A DNA stretch of 37,784 bases from Spirosomataceae bacterium (GCA_044372695.1 JBILRJ010000001.1:1-37784), one strand, 5' to 3'; counted from the first letter of the stretch, positions 9,299 through 20,260 are shown. The notes: generated from the sequence alone by a model not told the origin. A program made the numbers and translations.

Positions 9299-10610
9299 TA
9301 CATTAGAAAAATTAAGAGCCGAAATCGCTACTTTAGTTAGTACCTATGCAAAAGAACAATATAAGGAAAAGCAATTTGAACCAGGAAAAACGGTAATTCC
9401 TCCATCTGGGAAGTTATTAGGAGAAGAAGAATTGCAAAACATGGTGGCAGCTTCTTTAGATGGTTGGCTAACAACTGGAAGATTTAATACTGAATTTGAG
9501 AAAAAACTAGCAGCTTTTTTAGGAGTGAAATATTGTTTATCAGTCAATTCAGGTTCATCAGCAAATTTGGTTGCTTTTAGTACCTTGACTTCACCAAAGC
9601 TTGGGGATAGAGCAATCAAAAAAGGAGATGAGGTAATTGGAGTTGCAGCAGGGTTTCCTACTACAGTAAATCCAGTTATTCAATTTGGAGCGATTCCTGT
9701 GTTTGTGGATGTAGATATCAAAACACACAATGTCAATGCAGATTTAATTGAGGCGGCCATTACCCCAAAAACTAAAGCCATTATGTTAGCACATGCTTTG
9801 GGTAATCCGTTTAACTTAGGCAAAGTTGTAGAATTATGTAAGAAATACAATTTATGGTTAATTGAAGATACCTGTGATGCATTGGGTGCAGAATACAACG
9901 GACAAAAATGCGGAACATTTGGCGACATTGGAACATTAAGTTTTTATCCTGCACATCACATGACCATGGGAGAAGGCGGTGCAGTTTTTATGAACAACCC
10001 TGAACTAAAAGTTATTGCCGAATCTTTTAGAGACTGGGGTCGTGATTGTTATTGTGCACCTGGGTGCGATAATACTTGTGGATGTCGTTTTGAACAAAAA
10101 CACGGAGATTTGCCTTTTGGCTATGATCATAAATACGTATATTCTCACTCTGGGTATAACCTGAAAATCACGGATATGCAAGCTGCTTGCGGATTAGCAC
10201 AATTAGATAAGCTTGATTTTTTTATTAAACGCAGAAGAGAAAACTATACCTATTTACGTAGTCGTTTAGAAACTCTAACCGATTTCTTAGAGTTGCCTGA
10301 ACCAACGCCTAATAGTAATCCTTCATGGTTTGGTTTTCCATTAACGCTAAAGCCAGATTCAGGTGTTACAAGGGTCGAATTAACTCGTTTTTTAGACGAC
10401 AATAAAATAGGTTCTCGCTTATTATTTGCAGGTAATTTGTTGAAACAACCCTATTTCAAGAATGTAGAATTCCGAGTGGTGGGTGACTTAACTAATACTG
10501 ATATCACGATGAATTACACTTTTTGGTTAGGAGTTCAGCCGGCACTGACTTTAGAACAATTAGATTTTGTTGCGGATAAATTAGAAGAATTTTTTGGGTT
10601 AAATTTTTAA
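9291..10610 (+). CDS. rfbH: CDP-4-keto-6-deoxy-D-glucose 3-dehydrase (E1)
   Basis: SFYPAHHMTMGEGG with His at the usual Lys position; Cys-rich DCYCAPGCDNTCGC; YDHKY. Confidence 0.95.
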   Translation: MSNTLEKLRAEIATLVSTYAKEQYKEKQFEPGKTVIPPSGKLLGEEELQNMVAASLDGWLTTGRFNTEFEKKLAAFLGVKYCLSVNSGSSANLVAFSTLTSPKLGDRAIKKGDEVIGVAAGFPTTVNPVIQFGAIPVFVDVDIKTHNVNADLIEAAITPKTKAIMLAHALGNPFNLGKVVELCKKYNLWLIEDTCDALGAEYNGQKCGTFGDIGTLSFYPAHHMTMGEGGAVFMNNPELKVIAESFRDWGRDCYCAPGCDNTCGCRFEQKHGDLPFGYDHKYVYSHSGYNLKITDMQAACGLAQLDKLDFFIKRRRENYTYLRSRLETLTDFLELPEPTPNSNPSWFGFPLTLKPDSGVTRVELTRFLDDNKIGSRLLFAGNLLKQPYFKNVEFRVVGDLTNTDITMNYTFWLGVQPALTLEQLDFVADKLEEFFGLNF

Positions 10611-10614
10611 CTAA

Positions 10615-11157
10615 ATGACTTTTGAAAAAACAATTTTAGAAGGTGTTTGTATCATTAATAACTTTAATATTACTGATGATCGTGGTTTATTCGTAAAAAC
10701 ATTTAATAAAAATTTATTTCAAGGTGAAAATATTGATTTTGAAATTAGAGAATCATATTTTTCCATTTCTAAAAGAAATGTAATTCGCGGAATGCATTTC
10801 CAATTACCTCCGCATGATCACGAGAAACTTGTTTATGTACCCCATGGAGCAATCTTGGATGTAGTTGTAGATTTAAGGAAAAACTCCTCTACTTATGGAA
10901 AGCATATTTCGATAGAATTATCAGATCAAAACAAAAAATCTATATTTATTCCCAAAGGATTTGCCCATGGATTCAAATCTTTATTAGATGATACAATTAC
11001 TGTATACAATGTAGCTACAGAATATAATTCAATAGCAGATTCAGGAATTCATTATAATTCTTTTGGATTTGATTGGAATATATACCATCCTATTCTGTCT
11101 TTAAGAGATGAATCACTTTTAGAATTTAATTCTTTTAGTGAAAATAGTCCATTTTAA
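10615..11157 (+). CDS. RmlC-family sugar epimerase, probably AscE-like 5-epimerase
   Basis: DDRGLF, RGMHFQ, IPKGFAHGF motifs; follows rfbH. Confidence 0.8.
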   Translation: MTFEKTILEGVCIINNFNITDDRGLFVKTFNKNLFQGENIDFEIRESYFSISKRNVIRGMHFQLPPHDHEKLVYVPHGAILDVVVDLRKNSSTYGKHISIELSDQNKKSIFIPKGFAHGFKSLLDDTITVYNVATEYNSIADSGIHYNSFGFDWNIYHPILSLRDESLLEFNSFSENSPF

Positions 11158-11158
11158 T

Positions 11159-12049
11159 ATGAAAATTTTAATCACTGGTTCAACAGGTTTTGTAGGGCAT
11201 AATTTAGTTCCTAAATTATTAGATGAAGGATATGAAATTTTAGAAATAACCAGAGATATTTCAAAATCTATAAATTTATTTAAAGAAACAACTTCAAAGC
11301 TCTTAATCGATGATAATAATTTTAAAGATAAAATCATTGCATTTAAACCTGAGATTGTCATTCACCTAGCATCCTATTTAACTTCTTCTGATAATTTTAC
11401 AGATATTGAAAAACTTGTCAATACTAATATCCTTTTTTTATCTAAAGTATTAGACGCAGTTTCGAATGTTGACTTGAAGTTATTTGTAAATACAGGGACT
11501 TTTGCTGAATACTTTAATGGTGATGATGAATTACTTCCAGCTTATTTTTATGCAGCTACAAAAACAGCTTCGAGAGCCATCGTTGATTATTACGCAAACG
11601 CCTATAATTTTAAGCAAAGTACCATTGTTCCATACACAATTTATGGAGGTAATGATTCTCAAAAAAAGATTATTGATATTATATACGATTCAACTTTAAG
11701 CGAAAAAAAGTTAGATTTATCCCCTGGTGAACAAGTATTGGATTTTATTCATATTGACGATGTAACTGATTTTTATGTAGCTGTTATTAAGGATGTAGAT
11801 AAACTACCAAATAAAACAAATTTTAAGCTAGGAACAGGAATAGGTCATAATTTAAAGCAAGTTGCAGGATATATTGAGGAAATAACAAACAGAAAGACAA
11901 ATATTAATTGGGGAGGAAGAGAATATAGGACCTCTGATGTGTTGTTCGCAGTAGCAAATCTTCAAAATATAAATAGTATATTAGTTTGGGAGCCTATGAT
12001 TTTATTAAAAGAGGGGATTGCAAAATTAATTTTAAAGAAAATGAAATAG
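11159..12049 (+). CDS. NAD-dependent CDP-3,6-dideoxyhexose 4-reductase (AscF/RfbJ-like SDR)
   Basis: MKILITGSTGFVG, YAATK, DFIHIDD; ATG 11159 preferred over 11138. Confidence 0.75.
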   Translation: MKILITGSTGFVGHNLVPKLLDEGYEILEITRDISKSINLFKETTSKLLIDDNNFKDKIIAFKPEIVIHLASYLTSSDNFTDIEKLVNTNILFLSKVLDAVSNVDLKLFVNTGTFAEYFNGDDELLPAYFYAATKTASRAIVDYYANAYNFKQSTIVPYTIYGGNDSQKKIIDIIYDSTLSEKKLDLSPGEQVLDFIHIDDVTDFYVAVIKDVDKLPNKTNFKLGTGIGHNLKQVAGYIEEITNRKTNINWGGREYRTSDVLFAVANLQNINSILVWEPMILLKEGIAKLILKKMK

Positions 12050-12055
12050 ATTATT

Positions 12056-12655
12056 ATGTTAAGATTAATTAAAAAAATAAAAAATATCTTCAACTTTTTT
12101 TCAAGAAGAATTATGAGGTATTATTTTAATTTTATTTTTGGTGGCTTTGGAAAAAGTTCTTACATTAAAGGAAAAGTATGGTTAACTGATCCAGTTAATA
12201 TTTTTATTGGAAAATCATGTCAAATAGGGCCTTATTGTAGATTAGAAACGTTTTCAAATTATGGCAGTTTAAAATCAAATCCCAAACTTATAATTGGTGA
12301 TAATACTTCTATACAACATGCAGTGCATATTTATTGTGCAAATAGTTTAATTATTGAAAAAGGATGTTTGATTGCAAGTGGTTGTATGATTACTGATAAT
12401 AATCACGGTACAAATCCTAATGGTGATCATTATGGATATCAACCATTGAAATCAAGAACCACCATTATTAGAGAACATGTTTGGCTTGGTGAAAATGTTT
12501 GTGTTTTAGCCGGTTCAGATATAGGTAAAAGGAGTATAATTAGATCGAACAGTGTTGTAATAGGTAAAATACCAGAATTTTCAATTGCTTCTGGTAATCC
12601 GGCAAAAGTGATTAAACAATATAATTTTGAAACTAAAATGTGGGTAAAGGTCTAG
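12056..12655 (+). CDS. Left-handed beta-helix O-acyltransferase
   Basis: Hexapeptide repeats, ITDNNH, GNPAKVIK. Confidence 0.85.
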   Translation: MLRLIKKIKNIFNFFSRRIMRYYFNFIFGGFGKSSYIKGKVWLTDPVNIFIGKSCQIGPYCRLETFSNYGSLKSNPKLIIGDNTSIQHAVHIYCANSLIIEKGCLIASGCMITDNNHGTNPNGDHYGYQPLKSRTTIIREHVWLGENVCVLAGSDIGKRSIIRSNSVVIGKIPEFSIASGNPAKVIKQYNFETKMWVKV

Positions 12656-13942
12656 GTGATTAATAGAAAAATTTCTTTTGGTGTTGTTGCGGGAGGGGTA
12701 AGTATTGCAGCAAGTAGTTTGAGTGGGCTAATAATTTATCCATTATTGTTAAGAACGTTGCCAAAGGAAGTTGTAGGTCTCTGGTTTTTTTTTACTTCAT
12801 TTACTGTGATAATTAATTTAGGTCAAGCTGGTTTAGCTCCCATTGTAACAAGACGTGCAGCTGAAGCAATTATCGATGGCAGAAAAAGCGTCTTGTCTGA
12901 TTTCTATTCTTTAATCAAAAGAAGCTTTTTAATAGTATCAGTTATTGTTTTAGTGATTTGTGTATTTTTATATTTTTTTTATGTGCATTGGGTACTATTA
13001 GAAAATATCAGATTTTTTAAGGAGGGGTTAATTGCTTGGTTATTTTTTGTCGCAGGTAATTTAATTTCGATATATAATTCTAAAAACATATACATAATTA
13101 ACGGTTTCGGAGAAGTTGGTTGGGATAAAGTAATTCAAATATTAAATTCTATATTTTTGATAGCAGGGTATTTTTTAATATTAAATATGGGTTATGGCCT
13201 GGTTGGTCTAAGTTTTGTTTTTTTTGTATCGAGTCTTTTGTTTTTGGTAACATCAAAACAACTAGTTAAAAAAAAGATATCTAATGAGATTTTATCAAAT
13301 GGCAATTCAACTAAAAGAAAGGTTGTTGAAATTTTCAAGGAGGGATCCCAAATTTTGGTACTAAATATAGTTGGGATACTTATAATGAATAAAGATATAT
13401 TTTTAGTGGAAAGGTTTTTAAGTTTAGGTACTTTGCCTTCTTTTAGCGCTTTAAGTCGGATTCAAGGTATAGTTATGTCCATTTCGCTTTTAATCCCACA
13501 AATGATTTTTCCATTTATCTCTCAAAGCTATGCATTAGGTGATTTTAAGAATGTAAAAAAAATGTATTGGCAGGGTGTAATTTTTTCAGTGGTAGTCGCT
13601 TTAGCGATTTCATTCATATTACTGATTTTTTCAGATATTATTTTTCCTTTGTGGTTAGGCAAATCCAACTATTTAGGTGGTAAGATTTTATTTTTGTTAT
13701 TAGTTATGGGTTTTTTATCAATTCAACATAATGCCCATGCGTCTGCAGTTATATCAACAGGTAGTAATACTTTCATGTTTCCAGCAATTATTAATGCACT
13801 TTTATCCTTACCAATGGCTTACTTCGGTATAAAATATTTTGGTATCGAAGGAATGATTTTAGGTAATATTATTGCCACCATTTTGCCATCAATTTATATT
13901 GTACATTATTCAGTAAATTATTTTGCAAAACTTGCAAAATAA
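12656..13942 (+). CDS. wzx: Wzx-type flippase
   Basis: 428 aa, many hydrophobic helices, VVGLWF..LGQAGL pattern, position in locus. Confidence 0.75.
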   Translation: MINRKISFGVVAGGVSIAASSLSGLIIYPLLLRTLPKEVVGLWFFFTSFTVIINLGQAGLAPIVTRRAAEAIIDGRKSVLSDFYSLIKRSFLIVSVIVLVICVFLYFFYVHWVLLENIRFFKEGLIAWLFFVAGNLISIYNSKNIYIINGFGEVGWDKVIQILNSIFLIAGYFLILNMGYGLVGLSFVFFVSSLLFLVTSKQLVKKKISNEILSNGNSTKRKVVEIFKEGSQILVLNIVGILIMNKDIFLVERFLSLGTLPSFSALSRIQGIVMSISLLIPQMIFPFISQSYALGDFKNVKKMYWQGVIFSVVVALAISFILLIFSDIIFPLWLGKSNYLGGKILFLLLVMGFLSIQHNAHASAVISTGSNTFMFPAIINALLSLPMAYFGIKYFGIEGMILGNIIATILPSIYIVHYSVNYFAKLAK

Positions 13943-14062
13943 TTTACTGAATAAATTCAATAAGTCATTAATTTTTATTGGATTGCTTCATAATTTATGA
14001 AATTAGTTAAATCATAATATGGCCAATAAATTGTTGTAAGTTTAACCTAATCTATATTTAAT

Positions 14063-15091
14063 ATGCATGAATTACATTTAGATTTATTTGAATTGAATAA
14101 TCATTTCGTTGAATATAACGATGTCAAGTCTATAGAAGTAACTAAATCTGATATTGATTTTATTCCGCGGTATACCATTGCTATACCTACATTTAAAAGA
14201 GGGAAATTATTAAAAGAGACGATTGAAAGTGCAATTAATCAAGAAGACTTTAATGATTTTGATATAATTATAGTTGACAATGATCCTGAAAGATATTGCT
14301 TCACAGAAAATTTAGTAAAAAGTATCAACAATAAACGTATTAGTTATTTTAAAAACTCTGAGAATCTTGGTATGACAGGAAACTGGAATCGATTGTTCGA
14401 ATTGGCAGTTGGAGATTATATAGTAATGTTGCATGATGATGATTTATTATACCCCAATTATCTTAGTAAAATTAATCACATTCAAAAAAAAACAAATTTT
14501 AATCTAGACGCCATTTATGTAAAATATCATTATTTCGACAGTAATGATTCAAAAAAACTTCCATTACAAACAATAAATAAGTATACCAAATATGTACATT
14601 TAAATTATTCAGATTTTGCTTTATCAAATTTAATTGGTGCCCCAGTTGGGACTTGTTTTAAAAGAGATAAAGTATTACAAATAGGAGGATTTGATGATAG
14701 TTTCTATCCATCGCTTGATTATGCATTTTATGTTAAGTTTTCATATTTTTTCAAATCAATCATATTGCTAAATAATGAACTCTCTATTTATAGAATCCAT
14801 GAAAATGAGAGTAAAAATAAGAAAACTGTTTTGGGTTTTATAGAAAAAGATAGAATTATAAAGTATAATATTATTTCAAAATATTTCACTAAATGGTTTA
14901 AAAAACCATTTCTCTTTTATTATGAATTCAATGATATTATATACTTAAAAAAAATAAAAAATCTATATAGAATAGACGATGAATTTTCAATCGACAGAAG
15001 GGCTAATTTTAAATTTTTAAAATTGATTAATTTTAAAGCTTTGAATAAAATTTGGGCTTTGAAATTAAAATTGAAGCAAAGAGAGATTTAA
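14063..15091 (+). CDS. Glycosyltransferase family 2
   Basis: TIAIPTFKR, NLGMTGNWN, LHDDD. Confidence 0.9.
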   Translation: MHELHLDLFELNNHFVEYNDVKSIEVTKSDIDFIPRYTIAIPTFKRGKLLKETIESAINQEDFNDFDIIIVDNDPERYCFTENLVKSINNKRISYFKNSENLGMTGNWNRLFELAVGDYIVMLHDDDLLYPNYLSKINHIQKKTNFNLDAIYVKYHYFDSNDSKKLPLQTINKYTKYVHLNYSDFALSNLIGAPVGTCFKRDKVLQIGGFDDSFYPSLDYAFYVKFSYFFKSIILLNNELSIYRIHENESKNKKTVLGFIEKDRIIKYNIISKYFTKWFKKPFLFYYEFNDIIYLKKIKNLYRIDDEFSIDRRANFKFLKLINFKALNKIWALKLKLKQREI

Positions 15092-15104
15092 CTAGTTTAA
15101 ATTT

Positions 15105-15881
15105 ATGAAAGTTGTAGTAATTAATTTAGAAAAAGATGTTTCAAAGCACGAAAGAGTAAAAAATATTCTACATACAAATAATATAGACTACTCAATATTT
15201 AAGGCAATTTATGGTAATGATTTACCTGAAAATAATTTGTTGGCTTTTCAAAAAAATGCTAGTTCTTTTTTTAAGAATAGGGGTAAATTTTTAAATCCCG
15301 CAGAAATAGGGCTATACCTGAGTCATATAGAGCTTTTACAATGGTTTGTCAATTCAGATTTAAATGTAATTTGTGTTCTTGAAGACGATTTTGATTTAGT
15401 CCCTAATTTTAAAGAAAGTATTGATGAAATTGAAGAAAAAATAGATTTTTTTGATTTTGAAATTTTAATGATAGGTCATTTTTTATATAGAAAAGATAAA
15501 GGAATTTCAGGCTTTTTTCAAAATGTTAAAAATGGTAAATTTGTCTCAGTTAAAATACCTTTAGAACCTAATTATGGGACCCATGCTTACGTAATAACTA
15601 AAGAAGGGGCTAAAAAAATAATCAACAAATTTTCACAACCATTATGTCCTATTGATCATGTTTTAGGAGTTAGTGAATTATTTAATATTAAAAGAAAAAT
15701 TACATCAAAACCAATTGTTTATCAGTCTGATTTATTTCAAAGTAGTATACAAATTGATGATTTTAAGAATCAAAAAATATTATATTTTTACTTTAAAAGA
15801 GCAATAAAAATAATGTTATTTAGCTTATGCCCTTCTTTAGCCATAACTAGGATGAAGGTATATATAAGTAAATCGATGTAA
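15105..15881 (+). CDS. Glycosyltransferase family 25
   Basis: VINLEKD, EIGLYLSH, LEDD, GTHAYVITKEGA. Confidence 0.9.
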   Translation: MKVVVINLEKDVSKHERVKNILHTNNIDYSIFKAIYGNDLPENNLLAFQKNASSFFKNRGKFLNPAEIGLYLSHIELLQWFVNSDLNVICVLEDDFDLVPNFKESIDEIEEKIDFFDFEILMIGHFLYRKDKGISGFFQNVKNGKFVSVKIPLEPNYGTHAYVITKEGAKKIINKFSQPLCPIDHVLGVSELFNIKRKITSKPIVYQSDLFQSSIQIDDFKNQKILYFYFKRAIKIMLFSLCPSLAITRMKVYISKSM

Positions 15882-15973
15882 CGATTTGAAATTTCAGAAT
15901 TATCATTCATATATTTACTATATACACTTTAATAGAAGATCTTTAGAATTTGTATTACTACAATTGAATTTAT

Positions 15974-16278
15974 TTTTTGGATTGGCATGATTATTGGTTC
16001 CCCGATCATTTAGAAGAAATTAGTTTTTTACTAAAAAAGTATCCAGAGGGAAAATTTATACAACTCTTTACAAGAAAAATTAACTAATGGACTTAGAGCA
16101 GTGTCTAATGCATTTCCAAATAATTTTGAAGGCTATGTAGAAAATTATTTCAGTTTTGTGAAAACAACAATTGTTTCATTCGTCTTCTGTTTGTGTTAAT
16201 AAAAGCGCTTTGATAGTAATTGACAAATTTGATGCAAATCTTACACACGGTGAGGACTTAGATGTTTGGTTTAAATAA
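15974..16278 (+). pseudogene. Degraded GT2 glycosyltransferase remnant
   Basis: Fragments in different frames: FLDWHDYWFPDHLEEI..KKYPEG and HSSSVCVNKS..FDANLTHGEDLDVWFK then stop. Confidence 0.7.
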
Positions 16279-16433
16279 CTTTTTAAATTTAGCGGAGTTA
16301 CCAAATCAACAGTTAAAGGTAGAAATAAAGTGATTGGAATTTGGAAATATTTATATTCAGATAAATTATTTAATATTAATTTGGTTTGTTATAAATTATA
16401 CAAAAAAATAAAAACAAAATTAGAGTATATCTA

Positions 16434-17270
16434 ATGCAATTATCAATTATAATACCTACCATAAATCGAAAGATTGAATTAGAAGAATTACTTAATTCAA
16501 TTCAAAATTATGTAGTTAACATTACTTTTGAGATTATAATTATAGATCAAAACCCATCAGGTTTTTTAGATGATATAATCTGTAAGTATAGGTCAATATT
16601 AAATATTTCGCATCATTTAGTATCTTTTAAAGGCTTGTCAAAAGCAAAAAATTATGGCGCCCAAAAAGCGAATGGAGAATATTTGACTTTCCCAGATGAT
16701 GATTGTAAAATTTTCTCAGATACTTATTCAAAAGCTTTAGAAACAATAGCATCTAAAAAAGTTGATATAGTTTTTGGGCGTTGTATTGATGCTGTTGGAA
16801 ATGATAGTGTTTTGAAATTTAAAAAGGAATCTTATTACTTGAATAAAAATAATATGGTTGGAGGGTTTGTAGAGGCTACAGGTGTTATTCATAAAAGCAT
16901 ATTTGAAAAAGGGTTTTACTATGATGAAAATATGGGTGCAGGTTGTTTTCATGGATCTCAGGAAGGTTATGATTGGCTTTATAGAATTCTAAAGCAATCT
17001 AACACGAAAGTTTTTTTCAGTAATGAGATCCTGTTTTATCATCCTCAAGTATTATTTGATAAGGGATCTAATAATTCGATTAAAAGAGTATTTACATATA
17101 GTTGCGGAAGAGCATTTCTTTGCAAAAAACATAAATTTTATTCTTGGTATTTCAAAAGGTTAATACTTGTCGTCTTATCACTACCTTTTTATTTAATTTT
17201 CAATAAAAAAATAGCAAAATATTACTTCACAGAATTATTGGGTTTAATTACTGGTATAATTATAGATTAA
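16434..17270 (+). CDS. Glycosyltransferase family 2
   Basis: SIIIPTINR, IIDQN, FPDDD. Confidence 0.9.
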   Translation: MQLSIIIPTINRKIELEELLNSIQNYVVNITFEIIIIDQNPSGFLDDIICKYRSILNISHHLVSFKGLSKAKNYGAQKANGEYLTFPDDDCKIFSDTYSKALETIASKKVDIVFGRCIDAVGNDSVLKFKKESYYLNKNNMVGGFVEATGVIHKSIFEKGFYYDENMGAGCFHGSQEGYDWLYRILKQSNTKVFFSNEILFYHPQVLFDKGSNNSIKRVFTYSCGRAFLCKKHKFYSWYFKRLILVVLSLPFYLIFNKKIAKYYFTELLGLITGIIID

Positions 17271-18460
17271 TGAAAGGTGAATGGATATTTAATGTGTTTT
17301 TTATTCTAATTTGGTTAGTGTTGCCTATTCTTCATTTTATTGGAATAACTAGTTCGTTTAGTGCACCTCTCTTAATTGGTTTGGGAGTTCTATTTTTAAT
17401 CTATTTTTTGAAATATAAAGTCTTTGTGAATTTTATCTTCAATAATAAAAGTTTAGTTTTTTTTTATATTCTTTTAATGCATTCTTTTTTGTGTTCTTTT
17501 TTGTTTAAAATTGATTTTGTTCGTTTAACTTTTTCTTTGTTGTATATTTTATTGCTTTTTTATTCTTCGAGCATATGCATCAAATTAATTAGACAATATG
17601 AGGGTGTCAAATTTCATGAATTTGTCAACGTAGTTTATTATGTGCTAATTTTTTTCTTTATTTTTTCTTTAATTACTCCCTTCAAATTATCAGATATACA
17701 TTCTAAACCAATATTTCCATATAATGAACCTTCACATTATTGTTTGTTTTTTGGACCATTTATGTATTATAAAATTATTACAAGCAATAAAAAAATTAGA
17801 ATAGTATTTTTATTGATACCAATATTAATTGCCTTTTTTTCGCAAAATTTAATTATGTTCATTTCCACTATGTTCATTTTCGCTTTTTTAAATAGGAAAA
17901 ATGTTTTTTTAATTTTCTTGGTTCTATATTCAAGTTTTTTGCTTTTGTCCAATATAGATTATTTTGCGTCGCGGTTGATTATTTCGAATGAATCAAACAA
18001 TTTATCCGTGTTGTCATATCTGCAGGGTTGGGATTTTGCTTACAACCATTTTTTTAATTCAAATTTTATCGGAATTGGAATTCAACAGTTTGGTATATAT
18101 CCATTAGAAACGGAAATAAGTATGCAAATTGAAAATTTAGTTGGAGAAAAAATGAATGAAAATAATGGGAGCGCAGAAGCTGCGAAATTAATAGCGGAGT
18201 TTGGTCTTTTAGGAGTATTTATGTTAATTTATTATTTTAATACCTTGTTTAAAAGCTTGAAATTTTTATCAAATTGTGATTTTTTTGAAAAAAAAGATAG
18301 TATAATTTTATTTTGTTGTTGTTCTATTTTTTCGTTTTTTGTAGAACTTTTCGTTAGAGGTGTAGGGTATTTTTCGCCTACTTCTTTTCTATTTTTTATG
18401 AGCTTAGTCTTTTTGAGCGAAAATAATTTTAGACCAATTCCCAAGAAATTTATCAATTAA
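17270..18460 (+). CDS. wzy: Putative Wzy polysaccharide polymerase
   Basis: Very hydrophobic 396 aa; EPSH, GIGI, AEFGLLG in the periplasmic-loop region. Confidence 0.7.
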   Translation: MKGEWIFNVFFILIWLVLPILHFIGITSSFSAPLLIGLGVLFLIYFLKYKVFVNFIFNNKSLVFFYILLMHSFLCSFLFKIDFVRLTFSLLYILLLFYSSSICIKLIRQYEGVKFHEFVNVVYYVLIFFFIFSLITPFKLSDIHSKPIFPYNEPSHYCLFFGPFMYYKIITSNKKIRIVFLLIPILIAFFSQNLIMFISTMFIFAFLNRKNVFLIFLVLYSSFLLLSNIDYFASRLIISNESNNLSVLSYLQGWDFAYNHFFNSNFIGIGIQQFGIYPLETEISMQIENLVGEKMNENNGSAEAAKLIAEFGLLGVFMLIYYFNTLFKSLKFLSNCDFFEKKDSIILFCCCSIFSFFVELFVRGVGYFSPTSFLFFMSLVFLSENNFRPIPKKFIN

Positions 18461-18476
18461 ATCAAAATTAGCAATT

Positions 18477-19517
18477 GTGTATTTGGTTTTTGATAACATC
18501 GTTTTTTCATTACAAAAAGTAGGTGGGATTTCAGTTTATTGGTATGAATTACTTTCAAGAAGTTTGAAAGATTATGAAGATTCTGATTTTATTGAAAGAA
18601 GAAATAGTAATGTAATTGCTGAAAATTTAAATATTGATGAGTCTAAGATTTCTGATTCTGTTTGTAAATATTTATTTTTTGATAGGTTTTCGAACTTAGC
18701 ACTGAAAAAAAATAACAAGAAATTTATTTTTCATTCAAGTTATTATAGAATTTGTTCTAATAGAAATGCATTACAGGTGGTAACCATTCATGATTTTGTT
18801 CATGAACGATATTATACTGGCATTAGAAGGTTTTTACACTCTTATCAAAAGGGAAAGGCAATTAAAGCCGCAAGCGCTGTCATTGTTGTGTCAGAAAATA
18901 CCAAAAAAGATTTATGTCAATTTTATCCTGATTTTCCACCTAATAAAATTTTTGTAGTTTACAATGGTGTTTCAAATGATTTTTCCCCGCTGGATAATCA
19001 TAATCATGGAAATTATTTCTTATTTATTGGTTCTAGAGAAAAGTATAAAAATTTTGAATTTACTGTAAGTATGGTATCTAAAATTGAGTCATATCAACTT
19101 TACATTGTGGGTTCAAATTTAAGTAAAGGAGAAATTCAAATATTGAATTTTTATTTACCTGGTAGATGGAAATTATTTACAGGAATCTCAAATGATCAAC
19201 TAAATAAATTATACAATTTTGCTTTTGCGCTTTTTTATCCTTCTTCATATGAAGGATTTGGCATTCCAATTCTTGAAGCTATGAGAGCTGGGTGCCCATT
19301 TATCGCATTGAAAGCTTCGTCTATTCCTGAAGTTGCAGGTGATGCAGGTATTTTACTGAGTGAATTAAATCAGCAATCATTTGAGGATGCATTTGTGCAA
19401 ATATCTAATAATAGAAGGTCGATTATCCAGAAAGGCTTCTTACAAGTTCAAAAATTCTCTTGGGATAAATGTTATCTTGAAACAATTAAAATTTATAGAG
19501 ATTTATATTATTCGTGA
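18477..19517 (+). CDS. Glycosyltransferase family 4
   Basis: YEGFGIPILEAMRAGCP (EX7E), VTIHD. Confidence 0.92.
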   Translation: MYLVFDNIVFSLQKVGGISVYWYELLSRSLKDYEDSDFIERRNSNVIAENLNIDESKISDSVCKYLFFDRFSNLALKKNNKKFIFHSSYYRICSNRNALQVVTIHDFVHERYYTGIRRFLHSYQKGKAIKAASAVIVVSENTKKDLCQFYPDFPPNKIFVVYNGVSNDFSPLDNHNHGNYFLFIGSREKYKNFEFTVSMVSKIESYQLYIVGSNLSKGEIQILNFYLPGRWKLFTGISNDQLNKLYNFAFALFYPSSYEGFGIPILEAMRAGCPFIALKASSIPEVAGDAGILLSELNQQSFEDAFVQISNNRRSIIQKGFLQVQKFSWDKCYLETIKIYRDLYYS

Positions 19518-20260
19518 AAGTATCAATAATTACAGTCGTTTATAACAACGAAAAAACAATACAAAATGCAATAGAATCTGTTTTATCTCAAACATATTCT
19601 AACATAGAATATGTAATAATTGATGGGGGATCTAAAGATGGTACTGTTCAAATTATATCCGCTTATAAAGACCAAATTGATCATTTTGTTTCAGAAAAAG
19701 ATGAAGGCATATATGATGCTATGAATAAAGGTCTATCCATTGCAACAGGGGATGTAATTGGAATATTGAATTCGGATGATTTATATTTTGATAACAAAGT
19801 TATTGAACTTGTAATAAGCAAATTCAAGCAAGATTCAAATTTAGACATAGTTTTTGGAGATTTGGAATATGTAAAAAGCGCCGATATTGATTCCGTAGTT
19901 CGAAATTGGAAATCTAGACCTTACTACAATGAGTTTTTTGAGCATGGTCATGTTCCGCCTCATCCCACTCTATTTTTAAGAAGAAATGTTTACGACTTAA
20001 TTGGAGGCTTTCGTCTTGATTTTAAACTTGCTGCCGATTATGAATTCATGTTTAGACTTTTTAAGTCTAATTTATTTAAACCATTTTATATAAATAAAGT
20101 ATTAGTAAAAATGAGATTAGGAGGGGCTACTAATCAAAGTTTAAAAAATATATTCAACCAAAATAAAGAGATATTGAATTCTTGGAGGATAAACAATAAA
20201 AAAGCACCTGTGTATTTAATGCCTTTACGTTTTATCAAAAGGATATTGCAGTATTTTTAA
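19514..20260 (+). CDS. Glycosyltransferase family 2 (WcaE-like)
   Basis: IDGGSKDGT, GIYDAMNKG, LNSDD, PPHP, AADY. Confidence 0.92.
   Translation: MKVSIITVVYNNEKTIQNAIESVLSQTYSNIEYVIIDGGSKDGTVQIISAYKDQIDHFVSEKDEGIYDAMNKGLSIATGDVIGILNSDDLYFDNKVIELVISKFKQDSNLDIVFGDLEYVKSADIDSVVRNWKSRPYYNEFFEHGHVPPHPTLFLRRNVYDLIGGFRLDFKLAADYEFMFRLFKSNLFKPFYINKVLVKMRLGGATNQSLKNIFNQNKEILNSWRINNKKAPVYLMPLRFIKRILQYF

Noticed and set aside
10615-11157. rmlC of dTDP-rhamnose synthesis
   Set aside because: No rmlA/B/D nearby; context favours the CDP-dideoxyhexose pathway, so no symbol was given.
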